NCBI GenBank assembly: GCA_963792965.1
Contig: CAWBYW010000035.1
Coordinates: 1 to 64,000 of the forward strand
Direction: 5' to 3'
Source of the DNA: an uncultured delta proteobacterium
Lineage (GTDB): Bacteria > Desulfobacterota > Zymogenia > Zymogenales > Zymogenaceae
DNA length: 64,000 nt
Below are positions 21,127 through 31,857 of this stretch, in pieces (within the stretch, counting starts at the first letter, position 1; the number at the start of each line of letters is the position of its first letter). A model generated the notes under the pieces. It was not told the origin of the DNA, did no database searches, and saw nothing but the letters and a program-made list of their open reading frames with translations. Both the position numbers and the translations under genes were made by a program.

Positions 21127-21315
21127 ATGTGTGAATCGAGCGTTTTCGTCAAAAAGCGGGGGCAGGAAAAGCTCCTCCTGGCCGGCGTGGTGCTGGTGCG
21201 CCCGGCCGCGACCGGCGTCTACATCGAGGACATCCTCGGTCGATCGCAGGAAATAGCCGGCCATATCGAGCTGATCGACCTGGTGGATCATCGGGTCGTC
21301 ATTTCCGAGGATTAA
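21127..21315 (+). CDS. cooT: CooT family nickel-binding protein
   Basis: 62 aa; N-terminal MC (Cys2), [13 protein letters not shown]; adjacent to a CODH locus. Confidence 0.8.
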   Translation: MCESSVFVKKRGQEKLLLAGVVLVRPAATGVYIEDILGRSQEIAGHIELIDLVDHRVVISED

Positions 21316-21328
21316 GAGCGGGGTCCGT

Positions 21329-22180
21329 ATGTCACAGATCATCGACGGCAAGCGCATAGCCCAAGAGGTGCGCGGGGAGGTCGCCGAGGGGGTCCGGGCC
21401 CTCAAGGAAAAAACCGGCGTCGTACCGCACCTCTCGGTCGTGCTGGTGGGAGACGACCCGGCGTCTCAGGTCTACGTCCGGCACAAGGGAAACGATGCCG
21501 CCGAGACGGGCATCGACTCCATCACCCACCGTATGCCCGCCGACACCCCCCAGGCCGATGTCATCGCGCTGGTGAGGCGGCTCAATATCGACCCCACGGT
21601 CCACGGCATTCTCGTCCAGCTCCCGCTGCCGAAAAGTATCAACACGGACGTCGTCATCGAGCAGATCTCACCGGCAAAAGACGTGGACGGCATCACCCCG
21701 GAGAACCTCGGCAGACTGTTAATGTCCGAGGCGTTCCTTGAGCCATGCACGCCGTCCGGCGTGATGGAGCTGTTGAGGCGTTATGACGTGATCGTAAAAG
21801 GAAAGTCGGCCGTCGTCATCGGACGCTCCAATATCGTCGGAAAGCCCGTGGCCCTGATGCTCATGAGGGAGCACGCCACCATCACGATCTGCCATTCAAG
21901 GACGACCGACCTCGCGCGCCGCGTCTTCGAGGCGGACATCCTGGTGGCGGCGACGGGAAAGCCGCGTATGGTCCAGGGGCAATGGATCAAGGAGGGGGCG
22001 GTCGTCATCGACGTCGGGATAAACCGGATGCCCGACGGAAAGCTCGTGGGCGACGTCGATTTCGACGAGGCACAAAAGCGCGCCTCGCTCATTACCCCGG
22101 TCCCGGGGGGCGTGGGGCTCATGACCAGGGCGATGCTCGTCAAGAACACCCTCAAGGCGGCGCAGCGGGCGCTGTTGTAA
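21329..22180 (+). CDS. folD: Bifunctional methylene-THF dehydrogenase / methenyl-THF cyclohydrolase
   Basis: [52 protein letters not shown]. Confidence 0.97.
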   Translation: MSQIIDGKRIAQEVRGEVAEGVRALKEKTGVVPHLSVVLVGDDPASQVYVRHKGNDAAETGIDSITHRMPADTPQADVIALVRRLNIDPTVHGILVQLPLPKSINTDVVIEQISPAKDVDGITPENLGRLLMSEAFLEPCTPSGVMELLRRYDVIVKGKSAVVIGRSNIVGKPVALMLMREHATITICHSRTTDLARRVFEADILVAATGKPRMVQGQWIKEGAVVIDVGINRMPDGKLVGDVDFDEAQKRASLITPVPGGVGLMTRAMLVKNTLKAAQRALL

Positions 22181-22267
22181 CCCTTCCCCCTCGATCGTTT
22201 CGTCGCGTGCCGCCCCGGGAGACGATCTCAGGGCCGGGGCGGGTCAACCCCATTGGAGGTAGATCCC

Positions 22268-23002
22268 ATGAAGAATAATAAACTAGTGACGTCATTCATC
22301 GTTGTCGCGATGCTCTTGATCTCTTCCGCACTCCAGGCCGCCCAAACGCCCCTCACGTCCGACGTCATCCGCACCGCCTTCTCGGCCCGGACCAACGAAG
22401 AGGCCCGGCCCTACGATCTTGATCCGGCTTCCATCCACATGCTGGGGGGGTCGTTTACCGCGCCTGTGGCGAACGAGGCGGTGGTCTGGTTCGTGGACAA
22501 AAACCAGTCCCACGCGGCCGCGGCGGCGGAGCTCTGGCTGATGCGAAACGACGGCGCCTGGAAGCCCGTCTTCATGATCGAGCAGTCCGACGATATCTAC
22601 GCGCGCGCTGTCGACGCCGGGGGAAAGGGCATCTCGGCCGTCTTTCTTTCGGCCTCCCACTTCAGCACCGGCGGTTTTATCAGCTCTCACTGGGCGCTCG
22701 TGAGCCTCTACGGTGGAAAGCTCGGGACGATAATTTCCGCCGCCGGAGACGACTTTGCCTTCTACTTCATGTACAAGCAGGTGGGAGAAAAAGATAAGAT
22801 CGTCACACATCAGATCTCTTTTCGGGATGCCTACGGGGACTCGCCCACAGAATTGATCGATACGGAGCTTTCCGGGGCCTTTGTCCATACGGGCAAGGGG
22901 GACTCGGGCTACGAGGTTCGCTGGACCCCGGTGGCGACGACGACCTATCGGCTCGTCGTGGATAGGAACGGGGCCCTGACGGGGGCCGAGAAGATCCAAT
23001 AA
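22268..23002 (+). CDS. Secreted hypothetical protein
   Basis: GGAGGT RBS; signal peptide MKNNKLVTSFIVVAMLLISSALQA; no recognised domain. Confidence 0.65.
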   Translation: MKNNKLVTSFIVVAMLLISSALQAAQTPLTSDVIRTAFSARTNEEARPYDLDPASIHMLGGSFTAPVANEAVVWFVDKNQSHAAAAAELWLMRNDGAWKPVFMIEQSDDIYARAVDAGGKGISAVFLSASHFSTGGFISSHWALVSLYGGKLGTIISAAGDDFAFYFMYKQVGEKDKIVTHQISFRDAYGDSPTELIDTELSGAFVHTGKGDSGYEVRWTPVATTTYRLVVDRNGALTGAEKIQ

Positions 23003-23008
23003 CCGGGA

Positions 23009-23782
23009 CTATCGCGACGGATTCCCCGGGCTCAGGCCGCTGCCGATTTGTTCGACTGCGGCCGTCACGCCCCGGTCCGACGGGAAGGCTCCGGCGGCCG
23101 CCATGTCGGCCTCGATGACCGCCTCCGAAAAGGGGATGAACCCCAAGAACTCGAAATCGGGCATCGATTCTCTGAGAAACGCGATGTCGCGCTCTCCGCG
23201 CACCTTGTTGCCCACGACCCCGATCCGTTCCAGACCGATTTCGTGAGCCAGACGCCTCACGCGCCCTGCCGTATCGATGCTGCGCCGCCCCGGCTCGACT
23301 ACGACGATCAACAGGTCGACGCCGGAAGCCGTTCCCCGGCCCAGGTGCTCAATCCCCGCCTCCATGTCCATGATCACCACCTCGTCCCGCTCCAGAACGA
23401 GATGCTGCAACAGCGCCCTCACCAGCGCGCTCTCCGGGCAGATGCATCCCCCGCCCCCCCGCTTCACCGTCCCCATTACCATGAGCCTGATTCCGTCGAT
23501 CCGGACAGCGACGGTCTCCGGCAGATCGTCCACCTTCGGGTTGAGCTTGAAAAAACCTCCGGCCGTCCCCGGTTTGGCGCCGGTGCGCTCGGCGATTAGC
23601 TCCTTCATGGCGGCGATCGGGGTGACGTCGGCCGGCTCGATCCCGAGCCCCGCCGCGAGGTTCCCGTCGGGGTCCGCGTCCACGAGGATCACGGACTTCC
23701 CCCGATCCTTAAAGTAGGTGGCAAGCAGCAGCACAAGCGTGGTCTTCCCCACGCCGCCCTTGCCGCTGACAGCGATCTTCAT
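23009..23782 (-). CDS. cooC: CO dehydrogenase/ACS nickel-insertion ATPase CooC/AcsF
   Basis: GKGGVGKTT, DADP, GGGGCICPE (CxC), DMEAGIEHLGRGT. Confidence 0.93.
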   Translation of the reverse strand: MKIAVSGKGGVGKTTLVLLLATYFKDRGKSVILVDADPDGNLAAGLGIEPADVTPIAAMKELIAERTGAKPGTAGGFFKLNPKVDDLPETVAVRIDGIRLMVMGTVKRGGGGCICPESALVRALLQHLVLERDEVVIMDMEAGIEHLGRGTASGVDLLIVVVEPGRRSIDTAGRVRRLAHEIGLERIGVVGNKVRGERDIAFLRESMPDFEFLGFIPFSEAVIEADMAAAGAFPSDRGVTAAVEQIGSGLSPGNPSR

Positions 23783-24450
23783 GACGACATCTCCCGGATG
23801 ATCTGTTTAATTTCCGTGGCCACGCACTGGGTCAGCACCACGATATCTTCGGCAGGCAACATCGTGGCGATGGTCGTGTCGTAGAGAAACGTGATCGACT
23901 CGCTAAACTCCTCGTCCCCCTCCCAGTAGACGATACCCACGGGAACGCCGTGCAGGGGCTCGACGACGGCCGACGCGTCACCCCCGAGCGCCGACTCCCG
24001 TCCACCGAGCGCTGCCGCCGCCCTCACGAGGAGGCCGGACTGTCCCTTCAACGCCCTGGCAAGCGGCACTGCCGTCCGGCCTGCATAGACCTGATGGTAG
24101 AGGAGGCCGTCGGGGATGTCCGAAAAGGATATCCATTGGCCCGAGGGAGAGACTCCGGTATGGGAGAGAAATGCGTGGAGGATAAGGATTTGAGAGAAGA
24201 CCGGGACGCTGCCGCCGTCGATACGGCTGACACTTCCCCCGGGTACCGAGATGAGATGGTCTTTCCCCATGAAGGCTAGGCGCACCGCCGTGACCGTCCC
24301 CCCTTCCCGGACAAGACTCCCCCCGAGCCTCCGTGCCTGGGCGGGAATGTCGGCGGTTTTCAGGTGAGCGCGAGCCGCATCGAGGGCGCTCTCGTAGTTG
24401 GTCTTACCCCCGACGGCATGGGAGGATCGGCGTGTCAGATCTGTAGCCAT
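23779..24450 (-). CDS. DUF3786 domain protein
   Basis: ILILHAF...GQWISFSDIPDG..Y, YWEGDEEF, FLYD, AEDI; typical companion of acs clusters. Confidence 0.8.
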   Translation of the reverse strand: MATDLTRRSSHAVGGKTNYESALDAARAHLKTADIPAQARRLGGSLVREGGTVTAVRLAFMGKDHLISVPGGSVSRIDGGSVPVFSQILILHAFLSHTGVSPSGQWISFSDIPDGLLYHQVYAGRTAVPLARALKGQSGLLVRAAAALGGRESALGGDASAVVEPLHGVPVGIVYWEGDEEFSESITFLYDTTIATMLPAEDIVVLTQCVATEIKQIIREMSS

Positions 24451-25322
24451 GACTCGGAAAAGATCGTCTTACCAAGCAGCACCCGGGCCGTCTTGGCGTA
24501 GTCGCGCGCATCGACGGAAAGCGAGGCATCCTCGACCGGTGATCCATCCATGACCCGATGCACGAGGCCGACGATATCGGCGCGCTTCCCGCTCATGATG
24601 TCGATGGTGACCGGGTCAAGCCCGTTGACGATCGCCGATTTCAGGCCGAACTTCATGAGCATCGCCGTATAGGTCTGGTTGAGGATGGGACGCAGCTCAA
24701 CCGTGACCCCGTTTGAGACATTGGAAACCCCGCAGGTCGATCGGACGGCGGGAGAGAGCTCCGGCAGCATGGACATGAACTCGGTGCAGGCGTTGAGCTG
24801 GTCCTGCTGGGAGGCGATAGGCAGCACGATCGGGTCGATGAAGATGTTATCTTCCTTGAGCCCGGCCCGCTGGGCCCGGAAGAGGAACTCCGCCAAGAGC
24901 ACCCCGCGCTCGTTTGCGTCCCTCGGTATCCCCTCCACGCCGAGCATCAGCGCGATCGCCCACGCGCCGTGGTCGACCGCAAGCGGCAAGAGCGCGTCCA
25001 TGCGCTCCGGGCGCACGGAGATGGAGTTGATGATCGGGGGGCCCAGGTGGTTTTTGTACGCCCGCAGGCCCGCCTCGATGGCCTCGATATTGCTCGTGTC
25101 GAGCTGAAGCGGGAGCTTGGTGACTTGTTGCACCGTCTCGACGAGCCACTTCATCATGTCCGGTCCGTCTTTTCGCGCCGGGCCGGCGTTGAGGTCCAGC
25201 GCGTGGCAGCCGGCCTCCTCAAGCTCAGCGGCGAGTTTTTGCACCGGGCCCTTCTCCCGGTTCTTGATCGCCTCACCGATGGTCTTGGAGATAATGTTGA
25301 TATTTTCCGCGACGATGAACAC
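24435..25322 (-). CDS. acsE: Methyl-THF:corrinoid/Fe-S protein methyltransferase
   Basis: Pterin-binding barrel AENINI, LDLNAG, LDTSN, IINS, FIDPIVLP, GVSNVSNG; follows acsC. Confidence 0.9.
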   Translation of the reverse strand: MFIVAENINIISKTIGEAIKNREKGPVQKLAAELEEAGCHALDLNAGPARKDGPDMMKWLVETVQQVTKLPLQLDTSNIEAIEAGLRAYKNHLGPPIINSISVRPERMDALLPLAVDHGAWAIALMLGVEGIPRDANERGVLLAEFLFRAQRAGLKEDNIFIDPIVLPIASQQDQLNACTEFMSMLPELSPAVRSTCGVSNVSNGVTVELRPILNQTYTAMLMKFGLKSAIVNGLDPVTIDIMSGKRADIVGLVHRVMDGSPVEDASLSVDARDYAKTARVLLGKTIFSESWLQI

Positions 25323-25367
25323 GAACCCCCCCTTTGGGAACGGTACGTTCTTCCCCTTATGTATCCT

Positions 25368-26705
25368 TTATGACAGCTCGCGCAGGAATCGCGGGATATG
25401 GGCGGCCTCGCGCGGGCCGACGATCACCTCCCACCCCGGGCCAAGCTCCTCTTCCAGCTCACCGCTGATGACGGCCACGTAGCCGGGGATAATCACGCGC
25501 TTCTTCGTCAGTTTTTCAGCGACGCCCGTCTTCTTCATGAGGGAGCCCACGAGGTCTCCCGCGAACTTCCCCGCGGCCCAGGCCGTCAAGACCGAGAGCC
25601 CCTCGGTATCAAGGACTAACAGCCAGGCCGGGATACGGCTTGCCTCGATCTCCCCCGAGACAATGAAGTAGGTGAGCGAGAAGTTGGACGTGACCAGGAG
25701 CGGCGAGCCGTCCGTGGGATTGTTGACGGGATAGAGCCCCTGGGCGGTCATCATCGGGCGCTGGGGATCGGTATAGATATTGAGTCGGGAAAGGAGCAGC
25801 GGGAATATCCCCTCGCCCCTGATGTCGGAAATAACGACGATGCCGGCGTATTTCGATACGGCGACCCCGGCTGTGAGCATCTCACGGGGATAGTCGGCAC
25901 TCATCTGTGCCGGCCAGGCGATCGTCGGAAAACCGAGGGTCCTGGTGCGCTTCAGCGCGAGCCTTCGGATCTCCGTCTGGTCTTTGAGGAAGGCGGAGAG
26001 AGAAGCCGAGGCGGGATCGAGGACGACCTCCTTGACCCCCTTTTTCGTGACGCGATCACAAAGCTGGGCAACGGCCTCGACTCCCTCGGCCCGCACCGCC
26101 AGCGGGCAGGCGTATTTCACCGCGAGGTCGGCCATGGCGTCGGCGTTTGCCGCCTCGGCGCAATAGATCAGCGGCTTCTTCGCCGCGACCGCACTTAGCG
26201 CCGCCTCCATTACCGCGGGGTCTTTCGCCACCAGGATAACGCCCGCCGCAAGATCTCCCGCACGCTTGGCGAGCGTCGCGAATTTCTCCTTGTTTCCAGA
26301 GGTCGACCGGACCGCAATCATCTCCGCCTTGAGGACGAGCCCCACCCGGTCGTAGCGATGCTCGGTGAATCGTGCAAGGCTCGCGTCGATCTCGACATCT
26401 CCCATGGCGTCGGACACAAGGAGTGCGATCCCCGGCCGGTGGACAAAGGTCTTCTCGTGGCGAAAGAGCACCGTCTCGCCCCCGATGGTCACCTTCTCGT
26501 TTCCCGCCCCGACGGTCACCTCACGGATCGGCGGCGCCGCCGATTCCGACAGGGCCGCCTTGGCCTCTTCGGAGATATGGGGACAGGCGACAAGCTCGGC
26601 CTTCCCCGTCGCGATGTTCATCGCGAACGCAAGGCAGGTGGGCTGCCCGCAGTCTCCACAGTTGGTCTTGGGAAGGAGTTTGAGGATTTCGATTCCTGAG
26701 GGCAT
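25368..26705 (-). CDS. acsC: Corrinoid iron-sulfur protein large (gamma) subunit
   Basis: LPKTNCGDCGQPTCLAFA...CP, GGETVLFRHEK, NIYTDPQRP, TSNFSLTYF, SVLTAWAAGKF, GPREA. Confidence 0.97.
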   Translation of the reverse strand: MPSGIEILKLLPKTNCGDCGQPTCLAFAMNIATGKAELVACPHISEEAKAALSESAAPPIREVTVGAGNEKVTIGGETVLFRHEKTFVHRPGIALLVSDAMGDVEIDASLARFTEHRYDRVGLVLKAEMIAVRSTSGNKEKFATLAKRAGDLAAGVILVAKDPAVMEAALSAVAAKKPLIYCAEAANADAMADLAVKYACPLAVRAEGVEAVAQLCDRVTKKGVKEVVLDPASASLSAFLKDQTEIRRLALKRTRTLGFPTIAWPAQMSADYPREMLTAGVAVSKYAGIVVISDIRGEGIFPLLLSRLNIYTDPQRPMMTAQGLYPVNNPTDGSPLLVTSNFSLTYFIVSGEIEASRIPAWLLVLDTEGLSVLTAWAAGKFAGDLVGSLMKKTGVAEKLTKKRVIIPGYVAVISGELEEELGPGWEVIVGPREAAHIPRFLRELS

Positions 26706-26882
26706 CGGTGCTCCTTATGAAAACCGGTTCGTTGACCCGCTCGTGGGCAAAACGGGTGAAAGATACCATTATTTATGTATAAACACAAGCCATCTGTGAG
26801 ACCACCTGCCGCTGTTTGTTTGACCGACCGGCTTTACCGGAATACGCTTAGGTCCCCCACACCTTCGCCCGCACAACCCCGA

Positions 26883-29093
26883 TCAGAAGAGCGGCGGCAG
26901 ACCCAGCGCCGGGTGCTTGACCTCCTCGAGGAACGGGAGGATCTCCTCTTCCGTCGTCCCGACGTGCTCATCGGCGATCTTCTCCGGCAGGTCCGGCACT
27001 CCTTCTTCGCGCGCGCGGATGATGAGCTTTTCCATGATCTCTTCCTTGAGCCGGCTCGGCATCCAGACCAGGCGCCTGATCCCGCCGTCGGCCCTCAGGA
27101 ACTTCTTGCTGGTGATGTAGTATTTGCTGTGGCCGACAAAACCCGGCGTAACGTTGCCGCCGCCGACCATCCCGGCCATCGTCGTGAACTTCATGCCCGC
27201 CGGCGTCATGTCCGGAAAGTCGCGGTCGACGGTCATTATGCCGTTTGAAAGCGGCATGATGCAGGCGATGCACTCAAAGCAGCCGCACGAGGTCATGGGC
27301 GTGCGGATGAGGCTGTAGGCGTCATACTGGGTAACGTTTCCCCGCGAGGCCTTGGAGACGAACTGGTTGACCCCCTCCCACTGGCCGTAGACCTCGTCGA
27401 CGGTCCTGCCCTTCGGCACCGGCTGGTTGGGGCCGGTGGGGTTGATCTCGTACGATGCACGGCAGTCGAGCCACGAGTAGGCGCCGCACAGCCCCGGCCG
27501 CTCGGGCGTGACGATGCAGACATGATTGGGGGCAAAAGACTGGCAGAGCGTGCAGGAATAGAAGGGGTCGGTCGTCTCGTCGGTCATCCCCTCGATGCGC
27601 TCGTCGCGCTCGCGGAAGACCGCCGTGGCCCGCTCGAATACTTCCTTGACCCGCGCCTCGTCGGTATAGATCTTTACCTGGACCTTGTCGAAGATGTTGC
27701 CGAAGTCCTCGTGGTACTTGGCGTGGATGATGGAGCCGAGGTGGCCGAGCCTGAATCCCTTTTCGACCGCGTGTTTGCTGAACCTGAGCCACATGATGTT
27801 TCGCTGCCCGATGTGCATGACGCCCTGGGCGTAGTTGATGAGGTGGTGTAACTGTCGCTCGAGGATCGGCTCGAAGTCCTTCTGCATCTGCCGCCCCGCC
27901 ACCTCCACGACGAGCGCCAGCGGCAGCGCCGACCCTTCTGCCACTCCGTCGATATCCGTCCCGACGACTTCGATGGACCCGTCGGTTACCTCGTCCATCT
28001 CCTTTGTTGTCGTCCACTCGACAGATGGCGTCCTCCCTCCCCCGCACTCAAGGTAGAGGTCCTCCTTCCTCACCCGTTCCCCCTCGTAGGCCGGGCTGTA
28101 GGAGACGGGGATCGGGACCTTGGCGACCTTTACCTTGAGCCCCCTGACCTCGATCGCCTTTCTGACGATCTGGTCATGGGGAACGTTTGAAACGACGTGC
28201 TCGTAGGTGCAGACCCCGGTCGGGAGGATCTGCGGGATCGGGGTGTCGGCAATGACCGGAAAGCCGAAGTTGACCGCCCCGAGCGCGTTGGCGTACCATT
28301 CCTCGTCGACATAGCCCAGCGGCAAAACAAAGGCGAAAATCCGGTCCTTGTTGTAGATGAGGATCTTCCTGAAATCGCCGGGCTTGATCCCCCCGAACGA
28401 CATCGCCGCCCGGGTGGCAAAGCCGATGGCGAAGACGACCGAGGAGGTCTCCGGGCCGAAGGGGACAAGGCGCGTATTCCAACCGATCTGCACCCCCTCT
28501 TCGACCAGCTGCTCGGCAAAACCGGGCTTCCCGCCGAGGCCCGAGGACATGAAGACGTAGAGGTTCTTTTCCTGGAGCTCCTGCGCGATCTGTGCCGCGA
28601 TCTTTCCCGTCGGCGCGCGCCCCAGCACCGCCGCAAAGCCGGGGGCCGTCCCGTCTACGAATTCCACCCCCCGCTTCCTCATGATGACGTCGTCCGCCCC
28701 ACCCAGCCATATCCGGTCGTCGCCGACCTCTTCCCGCCCGGCCAGGTAGAAGTTCGGCTCCTCGAGGTAGCGGATAGCCTCGAGGCACTCCTCGGCGAAA
28801 AAGGTCGCCATACCCGCGTCAAGCGCGGGGCCGAGGTACGGGAGATGGTGCGTCTGGCGCACCCGGGGGGGCAGCAGAGACTCCGCGCGGTCGAGCACCG
28901 GCCCCATGTCGGCGATTTTCGCCACCGGGATCCCGAGGATCCCGTAGATGATCGGGAGATAGTAACCGGTGTTTGGGAACGAGATCGCCGTGTCCGGCCC
29001 GTGCTTCTTGAGGGCCTCCTCGTATCTTTTACGCGCCCGCCCGACGATCGTATATGCCCCGTTGATTCCCGCCGAGGCGATGATCTTTGACAT
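26883..29093 (-). CDS. acsB: Acetyl-CoA synthase (ACS, bacterial alpha subunit)
   Basis: FPNTGYYLP, DGTAPG, SCTLCQSFAPNHVC, PERPGLCG, PMTSCGCFE (A-cluster ligands). Confidence 0.98.
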   Translation of the reverse strand: MSKIIASAGINGAYTIVGRARKRYEEALKKHGPDTAISFPNTGYYLPIIYGILGIPVAKIADMGPVLDRAESLLPPRVRQTHHLPYLGPALDAGMATFFAEECLEAIRYLEEPNFYLAGREEVGDDRIWLGGADDVIMRKRGVEFVDGTAPGFAAVLGRAPTGKIAAQIAQELQEKNLYVFMSSGLGGKPGFAEQLVEEGVQIGWNTRLVPFGPETSSVVFAIGFATRAAMSFGGIKPGDFRKILIYNKDRIFAFVLPLGYVDEEWYANALGAVNFGFPVIADTPIPQILPTGVCTYEHVVSNVPHDQIVRKAIEVRGLKVKVAKVPIPVSYSPAYEGERVRKEDLYLECGGGRTPSVEWTTTKEMDEVTDGSIEVVGTDIDGVAEGSALPLALVVEVAGRQMQKDFEPILERQLHHLINYAQGVMHIGQRNIMWLRFSKHAVEKGFRLGHLGSIIHAKYHEDFGNIFDKVQVKIYTDEARVKEVFERATAVFRERDERIEGMTDETTDPFYSCTLCQSFAPNHVCIVTPERPGLCGAYSWLDCRASYEINPTGPNQPVPKGRTVDEVYGQWEGVNQFVSKASRGNVTQYDAYSLIRTPMTSCGCFECIACIMPLSNGIMTVDRDFPDMTPAGMKFTTMAGMVGGGNVTPGFVGHSKYYITSKKFLRADGGIRRLVWMPSRLKEEIMEKLIIRAREEGVPDLPEKIADEHVGTTEEEILPFLEEVKHPALGLPPLF

Positions 29094-29109
29094 CGATTTC
29101 TCCTGCCGC

Positions 29110-31058
29110 TTAGGTCTCCAGCTCCCGGCGTTTCTCCATGTCGAACAGCACCCGCTCCCGGGCCTTGTCTATGCCGAGCTCTTTCCGTTTGTTGTCTATA
29201 TGCTCGATCATGAGGTGGGCGGTCTTGATCGGGTCGGGCTCGAACGCCCAGCTTCCCCCCAGCTCGTGTGCGATATCGGAAAAGAGGTATTCGGTGAGTT
29301 TTTTTGCCCCAAGGGTGGGCCAGCTCACGCCGAAGACCGTAAAGATCCCCGAGGCCACAAAATATTGTCCGATGGAGAGCGCCTTCTCGCTCATCCACTC
29401 GGGTGCCGCCCCAGCGCAGGGGAGGTCGGAAAGGTCGTCGCCCAGCCCCCCCTCCTTAACGACGGCCGTGGCCGCCATCAGGATGCGGGAGTTGTCCACA
29501 CACGACCCCATGTGGAGCACCGGCGGGATGCCCACCGCCTCGCATACTTCCGCAAGCCCCGGCCCGGCGAAGCGGGAGGCCGCCTCCGGGGTGAGGAGCC
29601 CTGCCTTCGCGCAGGCGATGGCCGAGCAGCCCGGTCTGCAGCACCAGCACGTCATGCTTGATGAGCTCTTTGACGAGGGTGACGTGCCCCTCGTCGTGGG
29701 TGACCTTGGCGTTGTTGCACCCGACGACCCCCGCCAGTCCCCGGATTCTCCCGTTGATGATGTTGTCGTTGAGCGGCCGATACGAGCCCCTGAAGAGCCC
29801 GCCCAGCAGGTAGTTGATCGTCTCGTGGGAAAATCCCACCACCATCTCCTCGGTCGCGCCCGTGGGGATCGCGACCCCCTTTTTCCGGTTGGGGAAGTTG
29901 AGGACGGCGGTCTTCACGATTTCTCGGGCGGTGGCTAGGGGGTTGGTCTCGTCGAGGTCTAAGTGGCGCGCACCAAAAAAGCGCGCCTTGGGGTTGGTGG
30001 TTAAAAGCGCCGTGTGGTAGCAGCGCGCGACCTCCACCAGCGACTGCCACGTGCACTGGACGTCCACGACCATCGCGTCCACCGCTCCGGTGACAATGGC
30101 GACCTCCTGCTGGAGGAAGTTCCCGGCCACGGGTATCCCGTGTCGCATGAGGATTTCGTTTGCCGTACAGCAGATGCCTCCGATGTTGATGCCGGAGGCC
30201 CCCTTTTCCTTCGCGAGGGCGAGCAGCTCCTTGTCGCGGGAGGCCACAACCACCATCTCCGAGAGGAGCGGCTCGTGGCCGTGGACGATGATGTTGACCT
30301 GGTCGGGCTCGAGGATGCCAAGGTTGACGGAGCCCAGAATCGGCACGGGGCTCCCGAACAGCACGTCCTGGAGCTCGGTTGCGATCATTGAGCCCCCCCA
30401 TCCGTCGGCAAGCGCCGTGCGGGAGGCCTGCTTCATGAGGTTCACGATAGTCCTGGTCGACTCCGATGTGCGTCCGGTGCATGCACTCGACGATCTCCCG
30501 GTCGATCCCCCGGGGGGTGATGCCGAGCTCTCGCCAGATTGCCTGCCGCTTGATGGGGGCCTTCCGGACAAACGCCGGGCCTCCTTCCTGTCTTCCGAAT
30601 TCACCCTGAAGGACCTTGCCGACCTCGAGCGCCAGCGTCCGGACGTCCTTGCCGTCCGGCACCACCCCGAGGTCAAAGGCCAGCGACAAGAGCTTCTGCT
30701 CGTCCTTGATCTCAAAGCCCGGGAGCGTCCCCTCGGCCGTCTTGATGAACGCCTCGACCACCGCCCGCGCGTGGTCGGAGTGGGCCGCGGCGCCCGCGGC
30801 GATCGCCCGAAGGAAATTCCGGGCGGCGATCGTCTCGGCGTCCACGCCGCAGACGCCGGCCTGGGGCGGATCGCCGAAGGGGTTGATCTGGCAGGGGCCC
30901 ATCGAACAGTTCCTGCAACAGATACCCATGATCCCGTACCCGCACTGGGGGGACTGCTCATCGAGCCTGTCCCAGCAGAGCGCGACGTTATCGGCGGCCG
31001 CCTTCTCGACGAGCGTTAGGACGCTTTTATCTATGCTCTTCTTCTTGTCAACGGACAT
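29110..31058 (-). CDS. cooS: Anaerobic Ni-Fe carbon monoxide dehydrogenase catalytic subunit (frameshifts near 30445 and 29631)
   Basis: Stitched from three ORFs: QCGYG..GICCRNCSMGPC..GVCG, AHSDHAR, HGHEP, ICCTANE, DVQC, VGCNN, TGCS, MGSCVDN, EWMSEKA. All cluster ligands are present. Confidence 0.95.
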
Positions 31059-31087
31059 GGATAGGCCCCCGTTGTTTGGGAAAAATA

Positions 31088-31834
31088 CTATGGCGCCGCG
31101 AGCGACGCGCCCGTGTCGGCCTTTTCGGCAAAAACGGCCCGCTTGCATGCCCCGCAGACTCGTCCGACCTCGTCCGTGAGGTCGCGCCTCTTGTATATCA
31201 CCGCGAGATGCTGTTCGGTCGTGATCGGCCGGCCGCATGTTCGGCACAATGCGAGCGCGAACTCCTTATTACCCGGACTGAAGCGGCGGACGCCTTCCCG
31301 ATCGGATACCTCGATCGCCACCGTCGGGCAGAGAGCCGCGCAGGTCCCGCACCCGATGCATCGGTCACTCACCGTCTTGTACGGTGTCCCGACGCCGCCC
31401 TTCTCGTAGATGAGTGCCTTCTGACCTACGATCTCTTCGCACACCCTGACGCAGAGGCCGCAGCGTATACAGCGCTCGCCCGTGGGGATAACCTCACGCT
31501 CGATTGTCAAGCAACGCGCGATCTCTGCGACCGCCGACGCCCCGGGCGACGATGAGAGGAGCGCCTCCACTGCCTCTCGCCGCTTTGCGAGGGCACCCTC
31601 GGACGACGTATTCACGACCAGGGGCTCCTTGATCGCGTAGGTGCATGCGGTGAAATAGTTGACCTTGCCGTCCCTGATCACCTCGACCGTGCAGACCCGG
31701 CAGCTCTTGTGGGGGCGGACGGACCGATGGAAGCAGAGCGTCGGGATTTCTATCCCGGCCCGTCGCGCCACATCGAGGATCGTCTCGCCCTGTCCGGCTC
31801 CCGTCCTTATTCCGTCGATGATGATGTCGACCAT
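31088..31834 (-). CDS. NuoG/HydA N-terminal-like Fe-S protein ([2Fe-2S] + 2x[4Fe-4S] + C-terminal 4-Cys motif), no catalytic domain
   Basis: IPTLCFH...SCRVCTVE...TAC; CIRCGLCVRVC; CIGCGTCAALCP; CRTCG...CGACK. Confidence 0.85.
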   Translation of the reverse strand: MVDIIIDGIRTGAGQGETILDVARRAGIEIPTLCFHRSVRPHKSCRVCTVEVIRDGKVNYFTACTYAIKEPLVVNTSSEGALAKRREAVEALLSSSPGASAVAEIARCLTIEREVIPTGERCIRCGLCVRVCEEIVGQKALIYEKGGVGTPYKTVSDRCIGCGTCAALCPTVAIEVSDREGVRRFSPGNKEFALALCRTCGRPITTEQHLAVIYKRRDLTDEVGRVCGACKRAVFAEKADTGASLAAP

Positions 31835-31857
31835 GCCTTTCCCTTAGGTCCCGGTGA

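Noticed and set aside
19809-21152. Long antisense/shadow ORFs (also 223-1404, 8376-9335, 34597-35973, 51684-52727, 61831-63438)
   Set aside because: They overlap well-supported genes on the opposite strand, show no motifs, and are expected from GC-rich codon bias.
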